IMG/VR virus record: IMGVR_UViG_3300016472_000940
Coordinates: 1 to 64,000 of that record
DNA: 64,000 nucleotides
Source of the DNA: a virus
Strand: one strand, 5' to 3'
The translations under genes were made by a program, and so were the position numbers. Below the pieces are notes generated by a model, which was not told the origin of the DNA, made no database searches, and saw only the letters and a program-made list of their open reading frames with translations. Below, piece by piece: positions 26,909 to 35,568 of the stretch; the stretch's first letter is position 1, and every line of letters starts with the position of its first letter.

Positions 26909-27481
26909 TTAATCCCACAAGTTCATATAATATATGGAAAATAATTTTAATCCACGCTTATGTCTTTTAAAAGCAGCTTCATATTTTTCCTGACTATAGT
27001 TAATAAAAAGACCTTCGCCTTCGTAAAATGTATCACTGTCACTATCTAGAGTAAACTGAAATGCGTAAATTATATCATCTAGAATTGCGTTCCACTCTTC
27101 TTCCGTAAAACTAGCAGGCGCGCCATCATTAACAAACACCTCTTCCTTACTAAGCTCTACTATATTTCCAAATCTATCCTCTCTATGCCATTTAACACTA
27201 GTACCAACGCAATTGTCTTTCATTGCAGAGAGTACGGGGATTGCCTTACGGGCAATATACCATGCAGCATTCCATTTATCTAAATCATCATATCCACGAA
27301 TGTGGCGTTGTAAGAAGTATTTTATCTTAAAATACAGACCCTCTGTTAATTTATATTTCCAACGTGATACAAATAAACAAAACTCTTCTATCAATCTATA
27401 TTTAGAATAAACATGCTTACTCCATGGATGGCCATAACTAGACATTAATTCAGCTATTTTTTTGTCTATTTCTTTGTTCAT
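26909..27481 (-). CDS. Conserved phage protein (W..ILD.II.AF...GL.LF..YY..LWD)
   Basis: Motif typical of a large-phage family. Confidence 0.8.
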   Translation of the reverse strand: MNKEIDKKIAELMSSYGHPWSKHVYSKYRLIEEFCLFVSRWKYKLTEGLYFKIKYFLQRHIRGYDDLDKWNAAWYIARKAIPVLSAMKDNCVGTSVKWHREDRFGNIVELSKEEVFVNDGAPASFTEEEWNAILDDIIYAFQFTLDSDSDTFYEGEGLFINYSQEKYEAAFKRHKRGLKLFSIYYMNLWD

Positions 27482-27644
27482 ACCTCTGTAAAGTATACGA
27501 CCCGTCTTTGTTGTCCAACCACTCTAGAGGATCTCCAATTTTCCAATTCATTTTTTTCATGAGCCTTGAAGGAAGCTTTATAAAAAGATTTTTTGTCTTT
27601 TTGTCTTCCTGTACTTTAAGCGTATAGGTCATACCCCGTGCCAT
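27450..27644 (-). CDS. AbrB/MazE-like swapped-hairpin protein
   Basis: LFI.LP..LM..MNW..GD.LEW.DN.DGS..L. Confidence 0.7.
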   Translation of the reverse strand: MARGMTYTLKVQEDKKTKNLFIKLPSRLMKKMNWKIGDPLEWLDNKDGSYTLQRYEQRNRQKNS

Positions 27645-28309
27645 CTATAAGACCAACTAATAATTCGCTGACATATCCATTGTATAGTATTTTTTGCAAC
27701 AAATACAAGGGGATTATAAACTTCGCGTAAGATGGGATAGTACCATGTAGAGGTAAATCTCTTTCTAGCTTCAAAGGATTCTTGCATTTTTTTATCAAAA
27801 ATTTCTCGATCAGCTTTTCTCTTTTTAGCTGCGGATACACCTTCTATTTCGAATTTCACCGGCTCAATCTTCTTTACTTTACCGCTTACTACTTCTGCTT
27901 TATACTCTAAATCTAAATATCTCCCACCAATTTCTTCGTAAGTATAGAAATTAAAGGTATGTGTACCGTTATATTTCTGCTTAATTTTCTTTAACTCTGG
28001 TATGGTTCGTGAGAGTGGCTTGTTAAACAGCGATTTAGTTTTGTACTTAAAGTACATTCGTTCAACAAATGAACGGTTATCTTTCCATTTTTCCCAGAAA
28101 TTATCTTGCTTAACTCTTTTACCTGTTTCAACGTAATGATCCATATACATTTGGTCACCATCAATATAATATGTTATCATGCTGCTGTCGAGATCCTTGG
28201 TTTGAAAGTCATTAGGAAGCTCTCTCTCTGCAGCCTTAAGATATTGCTTCACCTCAGGAGGTGTCTTCAGCTTTAAATTTTCTATAATAACTGTATCATA
28301 TAAGCCCAT
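27629..28309 (-). CDS. Conserved phage protein (MG.YD...QTKDLD family), paralog 2
   Basis: Similar to 12711..13403; TTGAAA-16-TATAAT promoter. Confidence 0.8.
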   Translation of the reverse strand: MGLYDTVIIENLKLKTPPEVKQYLKAAERELPNDFQTKDLDSSMITYYIDGDQMYMDHYVETGKRVKQDNFWEKWKDNRSFVERMYFKYKTKSLFNKPLSRTIPELKKIKQKYNGTHTFNFYTYEEIGGRYLDLEYKAEVVSGKVKKIEPVKFEIEGVSAAKKRKADREIFDKKMQESFEARKRFTSTWYYPILREVYNPLVFVAKNTIQWICQRIISWSYRWHGV

Positions 28310-28384
28310 ATTAATATTATATATGCAACATATAATATTTCAAGCTAAGAGTGGAAATATATATATTATGAATATAATACCTAT

Positions 28385-28663
28385 ATGAAAGTTACGTTTG
28401 TACAGCCGGATAAGAAAGATAATAAGTTTTCGTTTAATGATTTAAAGGTAGGTGACATATTTACAATAGCTGATCCAAGAGCTTCTAAGGTAACAACATT
28501 TATGAAGATAAAGCCAGGTAAGAACTATTCATCCTCGCTAGATGTAATCAATCTAGATACTGGAGAAGCATCGGTATTTACCGATACAAAGAAAGAAGTT
28601 ATATCTGTTGACCAATTGTTTGTCTATAAAGTTAATGCTGAAATGACTATTAAGCTTGACTAG
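28385..28663 (+). CDS. Hypothetical protein (F.DL..GD.F, SH3-like)
   Basis: ORF; TATAAT 6 nt upstream. Confidence 0.65.
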   Translation: MKVTFVQPDKKDNKFSFNDLKVGDIFTIADPRASKVTTFMKIKPGKNYSSSLDVINLDTGEASVFTDTKKEVISVDQLFVYKVNAEMTIKLD

Positions 28664-28835
28664 GCAAGTGCAAAACTTTATCAGTTCGCTTAATTACACG
28701 ATACTGCTCTTTATCCTTTTTAGTATCATATATTTTCATTACCTCGTCTAATTCAATACTCTCATTGAATACAATCCAGTCTTCCCAGATATCCTTTATT
28801 TTCTTTTCAACTACGAAATAGCTTTTCGTGTCCAC
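28650..28835 (-). CDS. Hypothetical protein
   Basis: ORF. Confidence 0.5.
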   Translation of the reverse strand: MDTKSYFVVEKKIKDIWEDWIVFNESIELDEVMKIYDTKKDKEQYRVIKRTDKVLHLPSQA

Positions 28836-28880
28836 ATTATATTTATTGATTTTTGTATTATTTCCTTTATAAATAGAGCT

Positions 28881-29180
28881 ATGAAGAAATTAACCGCCTC
28901 AATCGTGGCTAGCCTTGTGTTAGCCACATTTGCTCTGGCTGATTCCGGCACCGCCTCTGACGACGGTGATTGGACGGTAGAGCGCGGCTTTGCCGCTGTG
29001 GGTGACCTTCTGGTTGTCAGACCTCTAGGAGCCGCCGCGACAGTCGGTGGCTTTGGTCTGTTCGCCGTTGCGTCCCCCTTCGCGGCCATGGCCGACGGGA
29101 CAGAGGACGTATTCAACACGCTCGTAAAGCAGCCTGCTGAGTATACCTTCGTCCGTGATCTTGGAGATTTCTCCAAGTAA
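28881..29180 (+). CDS. Exported/membrane protein of a bacterial-type family (D....RPLG..AT..G...F..S.PF...LV..PA..TF.R.LG)
   Basis: Signal peptide ending ALA; GC-richer codons; late promoter. Confidence 0.7.
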   Translation: MKKLTASIVASLVLATFALADSGTASDDGDWTVERGFAAVGDLLVVRPLGAAATVGGFGLFAVASPFAAMADGTEDVFNTLVKQPAEYTFVRDLGDFSK

Positions 29181-29199
29181 TCAATAACAAGCCAACGGT

Positions 29200-29403
29200 T
29201 CAATCCCGCTGGCTTGTTTTTTCTAATTCTAGTAATTCTTTTATTGCATCCTCAACACTAACACTTTTTATCTCATTCTTTGATTCAATAGGCTTAGGAT
29301 CAACAGGTTTCAGTATTTCAGCCATTTGCTGAAATAATTCAGCTTCCAGTTTTTTTGTAGTTGGGTCTTTTTCGATAGTTACCCGATTAGACCAAGTGTT
29401 CAA
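29200..29403 (-). CDS. Hypothetical protein
   Basis: ORF. Confidence 0.5.
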   Translation of the reverse strand: MNTWSNRVTIEKDPTTKKLEAELFQQMAEILKPVDPKPIESKNEIKSVSVEDAIKELLELEKTSQRD

Positions 29404-29701
29404 AGGCAGTCTTTGCGAGATTTAGTATTTGTACAGCTTCTGTAGGGGAATATCTTTTCTTGTTTAAGAGATGATCCCAAATTTCTAATGCATCTTTCCA
29501 TTTGTTATTATGTGCTGACTTAACGCCTTCTTCTTCCTCTTGCTTGCCTTTCATTATAGCTGAAGAGATTGCATCACGTCTATTCTTTAAATATTCGTCG
29601 GTGGAATCAACCTTACCGTCGTTATTGAGATCTTTATCTTCTTTGCCAACCGGATCGAGTTTTTCTACCAATTGCTTGAAAGCTACATCAAATTTGGCCA
29701 T
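29387..29701 (-). CDS. Putative head-associated protein with an EF-hand/dockerin-like motif
   Basis: [28 protein letters not shown]; late promoter. Confidence 0.75.
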   Translation of the reverse strand: MAKFDVAFKQLVEKLDPVGKEDKDLNNDGKVDSTDEYLKNRRDAISSAIMKGKQEEEEGVKSAHNNKWKDALEIWDHLLNKKRYSPTEAVQILNLAKTAFEHLV

Positions 29702-29767
29702 ATAATATATTTATATTCAACATCATTCTTTTCTTGACATTATTAATTTTACATACATAATATCATT

Positions 29768-30082
29768 ATGAAGAAAGCTTTATGGTTACTCATTGTAACA
29801 GCTAGCTTAGCAATAGCTCATCCTATTGAATTTAAAGTAGAGGGCGACTCAATGTTACCTAGTATTAAACCAGGTAGCAAGATAGTTATCGACAATAAAA
29901 TTAAATTCAGCGATTTAAAAAACGGGGATATAGTTGTTTTTATTGCTAATAATGATTACGTTGTACATAGGTTTTTTTGGGAGAATAATACCTGGTATAC
30001 AAAAGGCGATAACAATCCTCTGAGAGATGTTAAGTTTGTAAATGAAAAAACCCTAGTTGGCAAGGTCGTTAATATCTATTAA
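29768..30082 (+). CDS. S26/S24-family signal-peptidase-like protein
   Basis: GDSMLP (Ser), GDIVVF, VVHR (His), TKGDNN..D. Confidence 0.85.
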   Translation: MKKALWLLIVTASLAIAHPIEFKVEGDSMLPSIKPGSKIVIDNKIKFSDLKNGDIVVFIANNDYVVHRFFWENNTWYTKGDNNPLRDVKFVNEKTLVGKVVNIY

Positions 30083-30769
30083 TTATTTCGAAGCCCAATC
30101 AGGCTTACGCCCTGGCAGTCTGCCGCCGCCTCCCATGCGCGCCCGAGGTATATAGCGAGCAGTAGATGGTGCAGCTTGTTGTGTGGCACCAGAAGCTTTA
30201 GCCACGCCTTGAGGTGCTGCAGCTACAGGCGTTGCACCTGGTAACGACTGTGCAGCTGCAATTGAAGGTACTTGTGGCGCGGCCGATGGCGCAAACGTAC
30301 CGGGTTGTGCCGGTTCATCAGATGGCTCACCAAACTCAGGGGCTCTTGGGGTAGTCGCTTTTAAAAGAGCAGATGCGTCTTGTTGTTGTGTAGCGGTAGG
30401 GGTGGTAGTACCTCCAACTTCTGTAGGTATGGCACCGGGTAGGCTACCTTTACCAGCAGGGGCTTGCGTCGCTGTTGACGCTGTTGCGGTCGCTACAGCA
30501 GGGGTAGAGGCTTTTGTGTAGGTCTCAGCAGCTTGAGGATTAATTGTCGTAAGTCTTGTCAAAAAAGGTTCTTTTTGTTTTTGTAGATTTGCAACTACTT
30601 GTTCAGGAAATCTGTGACCAGTCTTACCAGATTGATAAATGGCTATCTGGTCATCTATATTTTTTAGACGTTGTTGAATTTGCTGTGTTTCTACGTCAAC
30701 AGTTTTAGGGTAAAACTGTTCTTTAATTTTTGAATAAGCTTCTGCTATTAGCTTAATATCATTAGCCAT
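30083..30769 (-). CDS. Ala/Thr/Pro-rich putative internal head protein
   Basis: MANDIKLIAEAY leader; late promoter. Confidence 0.7.
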   Translation of the reverse strand: MANDIKLIAEAYSKIKEQFYPKTVDVETQQIQQRLKNIDDQIAIYQSGKTGHRFPEQVVANLQKQKEPFLTRLTTINPQAAETYTKASTPAVATATASTATQAPAGKGSLPGAIPTEVGGTTTPTATQQQDASALLKATTPRAPEFGEPSDEPAQPGTFAPSAAPQVPSIAAAQSLPGATPVAAAPQGVAKASGATQQAAPSTARYIPRARMGGGGRLPGRKPDWASK

Positions 30770-31019
30770 ATACTATATTTATATGGCTAGTACCCTATTT
30801 TACTTAACTAATATATGATCTTTAGGTAGAAACGCTTCTACGTTAAGATTAGCACCAATATAACCTACTTGCACCTCTTGCTTAGATTTTATATCTATAC
30901 CGTAAATAGCGTAACCTCCGCAAGGAAGCTTTTTAACTTTAACTTTTTCTTTAGTGGGCTCGGACATGTTGATATTATATCATACGAGATTTATTAATCC
31001 ATGTCGACTAAATAATTAT

Positions 31020-31358
31020 GTGAAGTTAAACTTCAGAATCACAAAAAAAGACATTAAGGATGGCGAGCGTTCCAATCCTAGTAATTGTGCAATAGCTCGT
31101 TCCGTAAAGAGAAATAAGAAAGTTAACCTTAAGAGCGTAAGCGTATTTCATGACGTTTGCATTCTCAAAAAGGTTAACGCTGCTGGTAAAATCTCCAGCT
31201 ATGTGGCTTATCTTCCTCACAAGGCTCAAACCTTTGTGAGAAATTTTGACCACAAGCTAAAGGTACAGCCCTTTGCTCTTAACCTTAACTTCTCTAAGAC
31301 AAGCTCCCAGAAAGCTTCCACTATCGCTTTTAGTGGATCGGCTGGAACAAAAGAATAA
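31020..31358 (+). CDS. Conserved phage protein (IT..DI..G....CAIA...LP....F...FD)
   Basis: GTG start after CTAAATA; motif. Confidence 0.65.
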   Translation: MKLNFRITKKDIKDGERSNPSNCAIARSVKRNKKVNLKSVSVFHDVCILKKVNAAGKISSYVAYLPHKAQTFVRNFDHKLKVQPFALNLNFSKTSSQKASTIAFSGSAGTKE

Positions 31359-31441
31359 TACGTTCTTAGCTTGTTTGGAATTCCAGATTATAAGATCTGG
31401 GTATAAAAAGTTTGGTTAACTGTTGTTTGAGGAACAAATAA

Positions 31442-31470
31442 ATAGGGCAAAGCTTTTGACTTTACCCTAT
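31442..31470 (-). terminator. Probable terminator hairpin
   Basis: ATAGGGCAAAG...CTTTACCCTAT between convergent genes. Confidence 0.55.
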
Positions 31471-31490
31471 CTATCGTAGGTAAGAACCTA

Positions 31491-31784
31491 TTACTCGGAG
31501 CGGTGCTTACCGTTTGCGGCGATGGCGCTCTGCAGGGTCTCCGTGCTCACCGACTGGTTAAAGTCTGTGACACCGAGGATCTGCCGCGTCTCCTGGACGG
31601 ATTTACCCGCACGGAGAAGCTTGAGAGCCGGACGCGAGATGTAAAGCCGAAGATACTCTTCGACAGAACCCGCTTTACCCGCCTTGGACTCCAAGTAAGC
31701 CTGATTCGTCAGACGAGACTTACCGGTGATGATACAGGTAAGCTTCGGGGTGACCTCACGCTTTGTGGCTGTGGCTGTCGTCAT
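31491..31784 (-). CDS. Small basic protein, paralog 2 (start MTTATA)
   Basis: Similar to 20608..20901; SD AAAGGAGG; TTGACT-16-CATAAT promoter. Confidence 0.8.
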   Translation of the reverse strand: MTTATATKREVTPKLTCIITGKSRLTNQAYLESKAGKAGSVEEYLRLYISRPALKLLRAGKSVQETRQILGVTDFNQSVSTETLQSAIAANGKHRSE

Positions 31785-31865
31785 TGTATTACCTCCTTTC
31801 ATGTTTAATGTTCCTATTATTATGGATGAAATTGAGATGAAGTCAAGTTATTTTTTACAAAATAA

Positions 31866-32618
31866 TTATAGACTCTTGCTCTTCAATAAGATTTCGGTCG
31901 TAGTAATTACTGGTACCTCATTTGACTTAGTCCAGTTATAACCGTGCTTGCCGATACCTACGAGCATTTCCTTGTCAGTAGGTCCGAAGCGGTTCTTACT
32001 CCAAGTAAAGATACGCAGGGTATTATCGTCTTCATCTACGTGAAGATTCATTAACGCATCAACAGCGTGTAATACGGTGGTAGACCCCTTATACACACCT
32101 GCCTTAGTAAGATGACATAGAGTTAATACGGTACAATGCGTGCGCTTAGCTGCAGCACAGAGCTGTCTTACGCAATATTGTTCTTTCTTACGTGGAGACA
32201 TCGGTTTATTAGTTGATAGTGTCTGGAAGCTATCGATGACAATTAAATCTAATTCTTCCATCTTGCGGGTTAGAGCATCAATATTGGTCTGAACTGCAAC
32301 CGGTAAAGACTTTACACCAAGGCGACGACAAGTAAATGCTAGCTGCTCGATACCTTCTTCACCGGAAGCATAAGCTACCCGGGCACCACTTCTACTAAGA
32401 GCATCAGCCACTTGCAAGCAAAACGTACTTTTACCAGAACCGGCACCAGCGGCGAGCATATAAACACCACCTCTTAAAATACCACCAGCTTCGTCTTTAC
32501 TGCCTCCAAAAAACTCATCTACCTCTTCTAGACCAGTTTTTAACCGGTGAAAGTAGATAGTAGGTATCTTAATTTCTTGTGCTGGAGTAAACTCCGTTGT
32601 ATTAAGCGTCATCTTCAT
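31866..32618 (-). CDS. radA: RadA/Sms-like RecA-fold ATPase, core domain only
   Basis: Walker A GAGSGKST, SGEE, IDS.QT, H.TK.G...G...H.VD and the KNRFG signature. Confidence 0.85.
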   Translation of the reverse strand: MKMTLNTTEFTPAQEIKIPTIYFHRLKTGLEEVDEFFGGSKDEAGGILRGGVYMLAAGAGSGKSTFCLQVADALSRSGARVAYASGEEGIEQLAFTCRRLGVKSLPVAVQTNIDALTRKMEELDLIVIDSFQTLSTNKPMSPRKKEQYCVRQLCAAAKRTHCTVLTLCHLTKAGVYKGSTTVLHAVDALMNLHVDEDDNTLRIFTWSKNRFGPTDKEMLVGIGKHGYNWTKSNEVPVITTTEILLKSKSL

Positions 32619-32951
32619 TGTTTATAGTATATGTGAACTTTATGACTTGGTCAAGTTCTTTTTTGTGGCTTTTAACATCTTGAAAGCCAACTTACTCTCA
32701 TCTACTCTACCGTACTCGTTCCAGTACTCTTCTGGCTGTTGGTTCATTAGTATAGTACCAAACAGGTTGTTCTTTCATATACTAATAGTGTACATGAAGT
32801 TAGAAAATAGTCAACTATATTTTTTATGTTGATACTTTGACAGGTTCATATATATTATAGGTATGTCAGATGAACTTAAGGATAGATTGTTCTGGGTACT
32901 AATGATGTCTTTATTATTTGCAGGTATAGCCTTTTATTCATATCTTTCAAA

Positions 32952-33176
32952 ATGACTGAAGTAAGATCATCGCCTCCTTTTCCTATTGGTGTAAAGAAAC
33001 CTAAAATAGCACTTCCTGCTGAAAAACAGCGTAATCGATATGGTCGAATGGTTTATGGCCATAAAACTGCGGGCGCTATTGAAGTTATGACTAAAGAATG
33101 TTGGGATAGTAATAAGAAATACTTCATACCCAACGGCGCACGTAGTTGTGTTAAGAACTTCTCTAAAATAACTTAA
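32952..33176 (+). CDS. Hypothetical protein
   Basis: ORF. Confidence 0.5.
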   Translation: MTEVRSSPPFPIGVKKPKIALPAEKQRNRYGRMVYGHKTAGAIEVMTKECWDSNKKYFIPNGARSCVKNFSKIT

Positions 33177-33196
33177 GATTACATAAATATCTTATC

Positions 33197-33502
33197 ATGT
33201 TCGATAAGATATATTCACATCTATTATCGGAAGAAATTTCTCAATTAGACACAGCTCTCATAGCTGAAAAGAAAGGATCACGTTGTACAAAGGTAACCGG
33301 TCAACAATCCTCAACACGTTCGGATAAGAAATATATGAGGTGTACAAGAGTTGGTGGTAAATTAAAACGAGTGCACTACGGTGATCCTAAGCGCCGTATA
33401 AAAAAGTCTAATCCCAAGCGCCGTAAGTCCTTTAGAGCTCGTCACAAATGCTCCTCAGCTAAACCGGGAACCGCAAAATATTTTTCTTGTAAAAACTGGT
33501 AA
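33197..33502 (+). CDS. Basic Cys-containing protein (DUF5754-like), putative head protein
   Basis: KK.....K.V.YGDP...KK.NP.RRKSFRARH.C......A.YFSC..W; late promoter. Confidence 0.75.
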   Translation: MFDKIYSHLLSEEISQLDTALIAEKKGSRCTKVTGQQSSTRSDKKYMRCTRVGGKLKRVHYGDPKRRIKKSNPKRRKSFRARHKCSSAKPGTAKYFSCKNW

Positions 33503-33642
33503 TGAAAACATTTAAACAATTTATCTTAGAAAAGAAAAAGAAAACTCTTAAAAATAGTAATCCTTGCTGGAAAGGTTATAAGCCCGTAGGTACAAAAAAG
33601 AAGAGCGGTAAGACCGTCCCAAATTGCGTTCCGTCCAAATAA
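33502..33642 (+). CDS. 46-aa CWKGY...VPNCV protein with CTS leader, not in the ORF track
   Basis: MKTFKQFILEKKKKTLKNSNPCWKGYKPVGTKKKSGKTVPNCVPSK; TAATG coupling. Confidence 0.8.
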   Translation: MKTFKQFILEKKKKTLKNSNPCWKGYKPVGTKKKSGKTVPNCVPSK

Positions 33643-33666
33643 TAAAGCAACTTACTAAATAATATA

Positions 33667-33867
33667 GTGAAGAAGTCGAAGAAGACTTTCGACTATTATA
33701 AGGCTTTATTTGAAGCTATTTACGGAGATTACTATGGTGGGAAGTCTTACATGGAAGATATAAGAAAAATGCAAGACTTATATGATACACACCACGGTAA
33801 AGATGGATGGGAATATAATTTACTTACTGGTATGATGGAAAAGAAAAAAGCTACGCGTAAAAGTTAA
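33667..33867 (+). CDS. Hypothetical protein
   Basis: GTG after CTAAATA. Confidence 0.55.
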   Translation: MKKSKKTFDYYKALFEAIYGDYYGGKSYMEDIRKMQDLYDTHHGKDGWEYNLLTGMMEKKKATRKS

Positions 33868-33938
33868 TTTGACATCCACCGTAATCAATTACATTATTTT
33901 CATATTATTTATTGGCAAAAGATATAAATAATGCAGAT

Positions 33939-34166
33939 ATGGCACTTGAACTTAATAGAATTGATACTTTTCAAACTAGATTTTTCCAATCTTTTGTAAA
34001 TTTGACAAAATATAATAGCACCCAGTATCCTGCTGTTACCTCTATACGTATAGACAGACCTGAGAATTGTACAACGTGTGAAGCCCTTACTTCTATTTCT
34101 ATATACGATCAATGGGCGTTACGTGTAGTTACAAACGCTGCTCCAATTACTGCAATAACTGCCTAA
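33939..34166 (+). CDS. Small late protein (start probably MALELN)
   Basis: TATAAATA upstream; ends PITAITA. Confidence 0.55.
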   Translation: MALELNRIDTFQTRFFQSFVNLTKYNSTQYPAVTSIRIDRPENCTTCEALTSISIYDQWALRVVTNAAPITAITA

Positions 34167-34194
34167 TAGTATATTTTTTTATATAAATATATGT

Positions 34195-34872
34195 ATGATA
34201 GATATCGGTGAGATATGGACTAATAAAATCTTTGCCGATTATTTAGTTGCAATAACAATAGCTTTTATTTCTGGTGTCTTAAGCCCTATTGTAGCTGGTT
34301 GGGCTAAAGAAAAGTTTTCTAGAAAAAATGTGCATTTAGAAGAAGAGGAGACTGATGAGATTTTAAAGCTCTTAAAAACAAATGAAGTTGTAGATAACAA
34401 AATAGAAAATTTTCGAAGCGAACATAATTTAGACAGGGTTTGGATTGCACAGTTCCATAATGGTGGGTCGTTTTACCCAGCTGATAGTATATTTAAATTT
34501 CAAAAATTTAGTTTAACATATGAGGCGTGTAAGGTTGGGGTAGCAAGCGATTTGAGCGTTATACAAAATATACCGGTATCTGTATTTGCAGGTTTATTAA
34601 AAAAAATAAAGGAAGACGGGCATTATGGTGTAAACGATATTAATAATGCTCCAGATGATGGAATGAATCTAAAATCTTTTTGGGCTGATCGCGGTGTAAA
34701 GGGGTTTCATATTTCTGCAATTAAATGTTTGAGAAAAAAATTTCTAGGCTTTATAGTAATGGAACGGATTACTAGTGAAGCTCAGTTTAGTCGCGAATTA
34801 GTAGAAAGTCTTATTATCGAATCACGAATTTTGGGCGGGTATTTGGTTAGAGATGACAGCTTGCAAAAATAA
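34195..34872 (+). CDS. TM + GAF-like protein, candidate holin
   Basis: N-terminal TM; DRVWIAQFHNGG.FY, KFS.TYE, QNIP motifs; late promoter. Confidence 0.6.
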   Translation: MIDIGEIWTNKIFADYLVAITIAFISGVLSPIVAGWAKEKFSRKNVHLEEEETDEILKLLKTNEVVDNKIENFRSEHNLDRVWIAQFHNGGSFYPADSIFKFQKFSLTYEACKVGVASDLSVIQNIPVSVFAGLLKKIKEDGHYGVNDINNAPDDGMNLKSFWADRGVKGFHISAIKCLRKKFLGFIVMERITSEAQFSRELVESLIIESRILGGYLVRDDSLQK

Positions 34873-35058
34873 ATTAGTGCTGTAAACTTTAATTATGAGG
34901 CTAAAAAGAAATTGGAAGCCGTGCTTAAGGAGATGTAGTTTCAATGCAGCAACTCTTTATTTAGAGAAAAAAAAATTTAATAAAGAAACAATTAGTATTC
35001 CAGCGGTATTAATTGTGATGCTCGCGGTTGCTGTTTTTGTTTTGCTTATATTTTTCCG

Positions 35059-35340
35059 ATGATACCAACGTATGTCATTCTTCGATTAAAGATGGAAGAA
35101 AAAACACCTGGAAAATACTCACCCGAGACTATTCTTCTTATAGAAGAAACCGTTGCCCAAGCTATTAGACAATACGATATAAAGGATAAGATGTTTGAGG
35201 TATCTGTAAAAACAAAAAATAATATTATGCAGAGTTGTCAGATAAAAATGTCGTTTGAAATATTTCGCTATTTTGTACGGGCTTACGGTAGTATAGATAG
35301 ATTGGAAAGAGACTACGAGATAATAGAGAAATATTCTTGA
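35059..35340 (+). CDS. Hypothetical protein
   Basis: ORF. Confidence 0.5.
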   Translation: MIPTYVILRLKMEEKTPGKYSPETILLIEETVAQAIRQYDIKDKMFEVSVKTKNNIMQSCQIKMSFEIFRYFVRAYGSIDRLERDYEIIEKYS

Positions 35341-35568
35341 TTATTTTTAACTATCGGTTAGATTAATAAAAATGAGAGAGATTTTAGTATATTTGTTTAT
35401 GCTAGGGGTTGTCGGTGGTCTTAGTGCATACTGTTATATACAGTACAAAATTTACAAACATAAAAACAGTCTTCCTATTGGAAGTGGTGGAGGCGGTGAA
35501 AGCCGTCCTGCTAAAAAGAACCCGTGAGGTTTAGGGTTATCCTCTTGCTGAAAAGCTAAAACCCTATT

